Source: Massalongia carnosa (lineage: Eukaryota). From it: a DNA stretch of 64,000 nt. The stretch covers positions 2,790,001 to 2,854,000 of the forward strand of contig OZ287070.1 of NCBI GenBank assembly GCA_965645245.1, in the 5' to 3' direction. Under the pieces are notes generated by a model that had not been told where the DNA came from, did no database searches, and saw only the letters and a list, made by a program, of their open reading frames with translations. Position numbers and translations under genes: made by a program. Below are positions 55,240 through 64,000 of the stretch, in pieces; position 1 is the stretch's first letter, and each line of letters begins with the position of its first letter.

Positions 55240-58200
55240 ATGGAGGAGACCAACAAAGCAACGATGATCACCCTAACTCCCAAGAATTATCATCTATGGA
55301 TTAGGGAATTACAAGGAATATCCGAGAAAGCGAAGGTATGGCAATATGTGGACCCCAATGGTTCAAAACCGGAGCCCGAAGAGGGAGAATATCCGGAAGT
55401 TTCACAATATCAAGTCCCTATTCAAGCACAGCCAGCAGGTGGAATTGTGTCGATATTAATAGACCGTGGTTCAAGCCAATTCCCGAACTAAGATCCTGTT
55501 GAAGGAAAAGCACGTGATTTCGGACTAATAACCGAGGCTTCGATCTTTTAGATGCTATTTCTTTCTATGCCATATATCTGATTTCTAATACTCAATGATT
55601 TCAAAGCATTGTACCTCGCATGCGTTCCGGATCACTAATGATTTATTAGTAAATAGAAGTGGCTGGAAGATATCTAGATTATCAAAGAATGTGGCGAAAT
55701 GGTCTATATAGCTAGCTAGAATTTCCAGTTTAGATAGACAAGGAGAACATCATTTTCCAGATCAATAAGAACGGTCCGACAAATTGCTTACCTCATTATA
55801 GAAGGTAGTGTTGTAATAGCCACCAAATCGGCTGAGAAATACGGCGATTTATCGGCTGAGCAAAAGGAGGACTATAAAATGGAGATATCAGCCTATAAGA
55901 TGAAGGAAAAACAGGTGGAGAAGGTCGCCCAAGGACTCAGAATAGTGGACAATGCACTAAAGAGCTCCGCACGAGCATACATCCCCCCCAATAAGATGGC
56001 TTCATCGGTTAGGGAAATAGTGAAAATTCTGGCTGCAAGATATAAGCGGTCAGATGACCAAGTCATAGAGCAATTGCATGAGCAATTTCTAGCCCTAAAA
56101 ACCCCGCCTATTAAAGGTAAAATAGAGGCATGGGTAGCTGATTGGGAGAATATTAAGGGACAAATTGTAGAGCTCAATGTAACGGGCCTATTTGGCTCCG
56201 AGACCATATTCATCAATGAATTTCTCCAATCAGGGAAGAAATGGGCGCCCAATTTCTGTGAAAACTGGGTAATGCAGCATAGGGCTGCTAAGACGACGGT
56301 TGAATTTTACGAGACAACCAGGGAATATCGTTTAGCCGTGGAATCATTCCTGAATGAGGCACAATCAACGTCTAGAAATCAAGCTAATGCAGCCTCGCTT
56401 CAGGGGCAAATGCAAGACGAAAATAAAGGTCCGGGGCCTAGCCAATCAAGTCAATAGAATGGTCAATCAAAAGAGGCCAGATTCAAGGATAGAAAGTGCG
56501 TATGTGGGAAAATACACCTGTTTAGGCTATGCCCATATATCGTCAAATCAGCTCGCCCCCCTGTATGGAAGGAAGATAAAACCGTACGCAATGAAATGCG
56601 TCAGAAAATTCAGTCAAACATTCGGTTTTTCATGGCCATTAAGAAGGTCACCGATACCAACATACTAGACGGAATAACTGAGGAGTCAGTCAAAAAGAGC
56701 TCCCAAAAAGCAGAGAATAATCAACATAATCAGGGCAATCACATTGAATCGCCTGATCAATCCTTCTCGTTTGCGAACGTTACATCTAGGGCAAATAACC
56801 CCTTGCATAAAAGCGTCATATTTGACTCCGGATGCGATAACCCTCTGACCTATGATAAATCACGGTTTATAGGAGAAATAACCCCAACTTCGTCAGACAT
56901 GTGAGTGGACACCCCCGACGGGGAGATGAAAATCCATTGTCATGGCACAATGAGGGTAAATGGCCTATTGAATGGCCAGAAAAGGGAGCTATTATTCGAA
57001 GGAACAGCTTATATTCCTGATTCATCATTGACGTTGGTTTCGGCCAATAAGTTGAAAAAACGAGGCTTTTTCTGGGATATGTTCACTGATACCCTTATAG
57101 TTAAGGAGACAGGGCAACAAATATGTGAAATAAAGGAGCACTATGGGCTCTCAATCATAGAATATAACCCTGAATCCATAGATATAGGGTTTGCTAACTC
57201 AGTGCAGCCACGCGATACGTCAAAAGCAACTCCATGGAAATGGCATCTTCGGCTCGGTCATTGCCGGCCAGAGGTGATTGACCAGCTAAAGAAGATCGAT
57301 GAAGTGACAGTTTCAAAAGGCGTAGGGGGTGAAAACGCACCTAGGACCATTCAATGCGAAACGTGTGCAGTCTCCAAAATGCATAGAGTCATCAATAAAG
57401 CTCCGTCAGGGCGTGCCATCAAGCCATATCAGGTGCTTCATTTTGACCTAAACATCAATGATAAGGGGTTCGATGGAACGAGCTGTATAGCTCATTTTAC
57501 GGACGAATTTACCTCATATGTATGTGTTTATCCATTGAATGATCATAAGGAAAAGACCCTATTGCCCATCTTCAAAAGCTTGATTAATCAATGCGATAGA
57601 GCTGGCATTTCCATTAATTCAATGGTAACCACGATTCGCACGGGGCAAGAAACATCAATAGGAAAAGCCCTAGAAGCATGGATCAGTCAGCAAGGCATAG
57701 AATGGTCATGGTCAGCAAAGAATACCCCTGAGCAAAATGGCGTTTCGGAGCGTTTCGGAGCCCTATTAACTGAAAAAGCTCGATGCATCAGGGAATATGC
57801 AAAAATGCCAGAAGACCTGTATCCGGAGTGCTATTTAGCTGCAGCCCATCTGATGAATCGAACCCCTAATAAAGCTCTGGAATGGGACTCCCCATTGGTC
57901 AAATTGCAGAAACTGACCAATCCGGGTCAATCAGTCAGATACGAGCTGGCTCATCTAAAAGTGTTTGGTTGCAAGGCGTATCCATTGCTAAAAGGGGCCG
58001 ATGCTCCTCCCAAAAGCAATAAGTTGAAACCTAGGGCATTTGTTGGCTATTTGGTTGGCTATGATTCAACCAATATCTTCAGGATATGGAATCCAGAAAA
58101 GGGAGATGTCAGCGGTTATAGAGACGTCATATTCAACGAAGATGAGCTTTATAGCGCCTATACGTCGAATAAGGAGCTATTGCTAAAGGAGACTGAAAAA

Positions 58201-60384
58201 GCGAGCTTTATAGAGTTTCATGTAGTTGAACCACGCCCGGCATTTCAGGAGATAGATAGTGAGGAAGAAGAATGGCTAGACTTATCAGTCAATAAGCGTA
58301 TAGAGCAATTGACCATAGAAGATAACTCACCTAGTCAGGACGAAATACAGGAGAAAATAACTCCCTCATCAACGCCCATGCAACTGGAAACGCCAATAGA
58401 AACACCTGAACCAGATATCAGCCCTAATGTCTCCATAGATAAAAGAAGGGCCAAAAAGGTGAGGGCATCAACAATTGACCCTCCACAACTCCCGCAAACG
58501 GGCCGAACGCCCCTCAATGTGACGGAAATAGAGCAATCATCAGGAAAAAGGAGCGATAGGATAAATGAGGCAAACGTTATGGAGGGAAAACGTACTAGGA
58601 AACCAAACCCTAGATACGCTGCAAATGGAGCTTGGTCAGCAGAAGAAATGTCGAAATTCCCTCAATTTCATACAGCGTTTATGGCGGGGACGGCGAGAAT
58701 GACTAATCAGCTCCGAACTGATGATTTGCCCGACCCCCCATCTCATTGGCGAGCTCTGCTAAGGCATCCCTATGCAGATGAGTTCATGAAAGCAGCTAAC
58801 GTTGAATGGGAGGCACTTTTCCACAAAGAAACATGGGAAATAGTTGATCAAGATGAGGCTATACAGCCAATATTGCCCCTCAAAGGGGTTTTCACCTATA
58901 AGACTGATTCGGACGGCTATTTGGCAAAGTTCAAAGCACGTCTAGTGGTTAGAGGTGACCTACAGCAAGATAATGCTCAAGATGTTTATGCAGCTACATT
59001 AGCCTTCAAGGTGTTTAGGGCATTAATGGTATTAGTTGCTGCATTCGGGCTGAAAACGAGGCAGTTGGACGCTATTAACGCCTTTCTAAACGCTCACAAT
59101 GACGAGCCTATTTACTGCTTTTTGCCTGATGGTTTTAAGCTTAGAAAGAAGGTGCTAAAAGTGAAAAAAGCGCTATATGGTCAAAGAAAATCACCCCTTC
59201 TATGGCTACGAATGTTAATAGGCAAATGCATAGAACTAGGTTTAAAACAGGTGCCAGGCGAACCATGCCTATTCTATACGGAGGGAATCATACTATTCTT
59301 CTATGTGGACGACATAGTAATGGCGTATCGGCCCGAAAAAGAAGCCGAAGTCGAGGAATATGTGCAACGTTTCATGAAGATGATCGAAATACGGGATATG
59401 GGTCCATTAACCTATTTTCTAGGCGTACGGGTCATTCATAACATAGAAGAAAAGACGATCCACTTGATTCAGGACTCCTATATGAACAAATTAGCCAAGG
59501 AGTATGACATAGATGAAAAGTCGGAGGCTAAAACACCTCTAACGCCCATATTCAATGAAGAACTGGCGCCATATGAGGGGGAGGTTGATCCGGCCAGAAT
59601 GCATCTATATAGGAAGAAAGTTGGATCAATATGCTACCCAGCTATTATGACTCGGCCAGATATAGCAAAATCAGCTTCAAAATTAGCTGAATATCTGACC
59701 ATCCCGGGACCTAGTCATATGAGGGCTGTAGACCATTGCCTACGTTATCTATATGGGACGAAATATCTGGGAATCCAGTACTCGGCCAAAGGGGGCGGTG
59801 AAATCACTACTATGGCAAATCATGGACCGGTTCCGGCTAATAAGCAGGTTTTTGAGGCAACGGCTGATGCATCCTATGCAAATAACCCAGATAGGAAAAG
59901 CTCCGAGGGCTATACATTCAAGCTATTTGGTGGGATGATTGACTGGGCCGCTAGGAAGCAACTGACCGTGACCACGTCAACCACTGAGGCCGAGTTATTG
60001 TCTATGCTTCATGCGGGTAAAGAGCTCATATGGTGGATACATCTATTTGAAAAGCTACAATTTAACCCGGATTAAGATATAGTTATCTATAACGATAACC
60101 TACAGACAATTCGCATTTTAACCTCCGAAATGGGAAAAACTGATACTAAATTGAGGCATATAGACGTCGCCCAATGCTGGCTTAGGCAATCTGTGCAAAG
60201 GGGGGAATTATGTGTTGACTATGTGCCGACCAATCAGATGGTCGCAGATGGTTTAACCAAGATCCTACCTCCTCAAAAGCATCAAAATTTCGTCAAGCTA
60301 TTAGGGCTAGTCAATGCCATGGACCTGGTCAACAATCAGAAGAAATTGGCCAATCAGAAGAAGGGAAATACGGCCACAAATTGA
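55240..60384 (+). pseudogene. Copia-3 Gag-Pol, single frame broken by a solo LTR and stops at 56455, 56902, 60073
   Basis: CVCGKIHLFRLCPY, IFDSGC, WHLRLGH, PEQNGVSER, FKARLVVRGD, FYVDDIV, ADASYAN, LRHIDV, VADGLTK. Confidence 0.94.
55448..55781. mobile_element. Solo LTR (334 bp) in Copia-3 gag
   Basis: TGTCG...CGACA ends; TSD AATTG at 55443-55447 and 55782-55786; gag frame restored on removal. Confidence 0.92.
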
Positions 60385-61202
60385 ATCGGCCAAAAGCACT
60401 AGAAATCAAGGTAAAACATGGAAATTTTCACCTAATATAGGTTTTTCGGTCATGGCAGCTTTGGTCAAAGCTGGGGGGGTGTGTCAGGCGATTAGGGGTC
60501 ACATGACCCGCCATGGGTCACATGACCCACGAACCCCTATGAGATATGCCTCAGTTAGCTAGCCTAGACCTCCTATAGATCAATACACACCACTCCTTTT
60601 CACTCATATTCCACATTAGCCCATACAGCTTGATACTTATGTCAGGCTAGGACCCTGACAATGTAGGACTGATTGATTGACTTGTCGAAAATCATTTTCT
60701 GTTTTTTACTGTAGCATTGTATCTATATTGTACTGAAGTTCCCCTGCTACTTTGGGCAACACTACCTTATTCGGTTAGATTGAACCCGAAAAGGGAACGG
60801 CTTGAGGAACAGTACTGAATTATCAAATAATGCGGGGAGGACCTCCATGCGGACAGGACCAAAAATTCCCCTCTTGCCTCGACCGTACCGGACCGTTTCA
60901 CTTCGTCAAACTTCGGAGATCAACTGATCCTGTTGATATCAGTCCGTATCGCGAAAACTACGTTCTTTTACGTTCGTTGTGGGCCGCGAGAGGTGGTCGT
61001 TGTTCGCGTTTTTCATGTTTTAATGTTCCTGAAAACTGCGCTAAACCCGTCCGTTCAATGAACCTGCGAAAACCCTCGCTTCGGTTTAACGTAGTTTTAA
61101 TTGGGTTTACGATAATATTTATACCAACGCGTTATTTCATTTCGTGTCTGTATTCATTTACAATTATCTGATCTCGTCACAACAACAGCAACGACTACCG
61201 CT

Positions 61203-63647
61203 ATGTCTTTGCCGCCTAACTCTTCTCCGCGAGAAATCGTTTCTCGACTTCCCATTCCGTTACGACAATTGGGTTCTCCCCGTAGACCGCATAATAAAGT
61301 GAATTCTCCGGAAAATCCTTCCGCAAAACGCGTTCGTCTTATCTTACGACCACCGAAACGTCCTGTTCGTCTTTTCCTGCGTCCGCCTGCTCCTCCAAGA
61401 AGTTCGATTGTATCTTCTGTCACTCTTCCGTCTTTGCAGAGTTCGCCTGACAGTTCAATGACGAATTCCGTTTCTCCCGTATCGTCGGCTTTCCATTCGC
61501 CAAGCCCGCCAAATCGAAATGATTTGAAGTTAGAAATTCCGAACATTTGGGAAGAAATGCTGCTCAACGAAGCAGAAGCGGGTCAGAACCACCACAACCG
61601 AGCTCGCGGTTCCGTAAGGTTGAGTTTCGGACGTATTTCTCAATCCGTTGCGAGTTCCAGACCTGTTTCTCTACTTGTTAATCATCGTGAGTCACGAGGA
61701 AATCGTCGAACACGTCGTCGCGAGCGTACTGTTGTAGCCTGTGACTATGCGGCTGTAATTCGTGACTTTCCTGACGCATTCAAAAGTCAGTACACTTTGG
61801 AATCCACGATACAACGAATTCAACACATGACAGATCATTGCAGACACTACGGTGCGTGGCATTGAGAAACGGAAGCTGTTCAGAGTGAAAGAAGACGAGA
61901 TCGAGTATACGAATCCTGTTGCAAGCGAGGTGATTTCGTGTTGCCACCGTTTCAGTCTCCTCCTGCTTATTTACGGCAACTATTAATTGTTGACGAATGT
62001 TAGAACCCGCACATTTCGCAAAAACCTCCGAAAATATAATTCCGCGTTGACGTTCACCTCCGTAACTACAAACCTGATCGCTGACTTCCTCGCAATGGTC
62101 GTGGACCAATGTGTTTTCAAATTCACGGAGAATTGTATTACTGTAATGGGCTACGAGACCAGTAAGCTTATCACGAGCGACACTGATCTCGAAAGGGGAA
62201 ATGCTCAGCGTGAGAGGAGGAAGATAGCTACTACGTGCTAGTCTCCGAGAGTATACGTGATCCAAAGAACTAATGGATGTGGAAGTGCTTAGACCAAGAG
62301 ATCTCGTCCGAGACCCAAACGTAGGTTGTTCATAGAATAAAGACTAATTGCTAACGAATACTACAAGATTCGTTCTGATATTTATCCTACTCACCCCAAG
62401 GCCTATAGCCTTGGGAGCCTTGGAACCTTAGGAGCCTTGCAAGCCTTGGGAGTCTTGCGAGCATTACAGCCTTGCAATCCACATCCGACTTTATCGCATT
62501 ACATCCAACCATCCCTCAGGATCCATCCACGAACTCGGCGTTCGCTGGATCATCTAGTCAGCCTCGAGCAGCCTTCTAGATCTTCCCTTGCAAGGTAGAA
62601 CAATTCTACCCCCGGCTAGATCCCTCACTACATGCCTCAGGCTATGTAGCTTCATTTCGCCGTCACCACCACCTAGTGATGGAAGGTTACCTCCGACTGA
62701 ATACCTCGCTACACTGCGGACCTGCCTCTAGACACAAGGTCTAGACAACGAGGTCATGTAGGTTCATTCAGCCGACATCACTACCAACGTAGTAATAAAG
62801 GTTGAAGCTGAAGTTTACACCAGGGAGCCTAGCTCAAGCTGCGTCCAGCGAGCCGTGCCTCCTGCTACCTCTCCTGATCCATCAAGAGATCCAGTAGCTC
62901 CGAGTAGGCCAGTAGATCCCATATAGAGTTCCTTGGCGTCTCCACAGGAGTCCGCCTTACACTCCATGGCAATCTACCACCACGGCCTCGACAGGTGTTT
63001 GATCTGTAAGTAGTCAAGAACGTGATAACAATAACTCCGAAGTTTCGGGGCAAGATGGCAGTGTGTCAGCCTCGACGGCTTATGCGACTTCGTACTACGG
63101 CATGGTCCACGCTAGTTAATCCCGCAACCGCCATAGGCGATCACGTATCCCTCTAGCGCCATCCGTATTACAATTACCTGCAAGGTTCTTTGCATCCCGT
63201 TGACGATTCTCCTCGCTTTGCTCAACTGTTTTTTTACGATCCCGACGAAGCAACCGCGATTCGTACTCGACAACATACAGAATTAGATCCCGACATTGTA
63301 CGACGTTTAACAGAGATGTTGCACAATATGAATCCCTTTATCAGGCATTACAAAACCGCCAGCGAGGCTTTGCGGGAGAATGCGGCCACAACCGATGATC
63401 GTCGTGTTACGGATCCTACGGCCTTATGGAATCGATACGCAAATGATATCTGTGACGATTTACCGCATCGATTACGATCAATGACTGATGTTTCTAACGA
63501 TTTAATGAGTCCGCATTTAGATTACGGGCTTTATTTGTTAAACGGAGTTCTTTCAGATTTGGGAAAACGATTAGAGGATTATAATATGCCGCTGTTTACA
63601 AACGATTGGGGTCGGAGTACTGGAAATCCGTTGATCGCAAATGAAAT
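61203..63647 (+). pseudogene. Helitron Rep/Helicase N-terminal remnant, internally deleted, interrupted by an LTR and truncated before the helicase
   Basis: CRHYGAWH, CCKRGDFVLP, NLRKYNSALTFTS, FQIHGELY|YLQGSLHP...PRFAQLFFYDP, LHNMNPFIRHYKTA, then a jump to DPTALWNRYANDICDDL...GKRLEDYNMP. Confidence 0.85.
62142..63172. mobile_element. LTR-type insertion (1031 bp, solo LTR) in the Helitron
   Basis: TGTAAT...ATTACA ends; TSD ATTAC at 62137-62141 and 63173-63177; Helitron frame restored on removal. Confidence 0.88.
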
Positions 63648-63762
63648 TGTGACGAAGCGAGAAGTGAATAGATTTCTACCATTGCGCCACCTGTCCTCCC
63701 GACCAAAACGCACAATACTTAGTCCGCAGACCAAGCTCTATTCTACTATAACTGGGACTCCT

Positions 63763-64000
63763 TGTCAAACCTGAATGTGGTCGATTCTCATCGCCGATCC
63801 TCGACCCCCTGTCGCGGCAGATGCCGCTAAGCTACGCCATTTCTTCCACACCTTTACCCCTCAATTTGCCGGGGTTGATATCGTTGCTGCCATGACCCCT
63901 TTTCCTTTCTATATAAGTAGCTAGATGTGGGCATTTCCCACATACAGAATACAGCCTTTTTCATCCTTCCTGAATTCATGTGAAAGGTTGACAGTTATGA
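63763..64000 (+). mobile_element. 5' LTR (63763-63993) and start of PBS of a further Copia-type element running out of the window
   Basis: TGTCAAACCT...AGGTTGACA ends followed by GTTATGA. Confidence 0.75.

Larger units (their letters stand above)
54991..60635 (+). mobile_element. Copia-3 LTR retrotransposon with short (~154 bp) LTRs 54991-55144 and 60482-60635
   Basis: TGTCAGGCGATTAGGGG... LTR pair; PBS GTTATGAGCCCGG; PPT GGGGGGTG; flanks AAGAG/CTTAT do not match. Confidence 0.93.

Overview
Filamentous-ascomycete-type genomic DNA (short GT-AG introns, fungal TE families, C->T-type premature stops) that is almost entirely a nested transposon cluster, with one apparently intact cellular gene (spliced HerA/FtsK-like P-loop ATPase, 9425-12096, minus). 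Elements resolved, mostly to the base through TSDs/TIRs/LTRs: a hAT relic with a hAT-type MITE; a chromovirus Gypsy 3' half; two non-coding Copia-type elements that share an internal module; a 5'-truncated Tad1-like LINE; two Mutator (MULE) elements; a pogo/Fot1 element; two tyrosine-recombinase (Ngaro/DIRS) retrotransposons; a split PIF/Harbinger; three Copia elements; a full-length Gypsy with a -1 frameshift site and an extra ORF3; several solo LTRs; and a deleted Helitron. The deepest nest has five levels (Harbinger > MULE > Copia > Tc1 > Ngaro). Most notable: (i) a Tc1/DD34E transposon with ~190-bp TIRs carrying a second, convergent ~720-aa gene of unknown function; (ii) a conserved, probably structured internal RNA module shared by two non-autonomous Copia-type elements with unrelated LTRs; (iii) the lone HerA-like ATPase with 32-aa repeats; (iv) extra ORFs in both Gypsy elements. 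All calls were made by eye from motifs and repeats; no database search was run.
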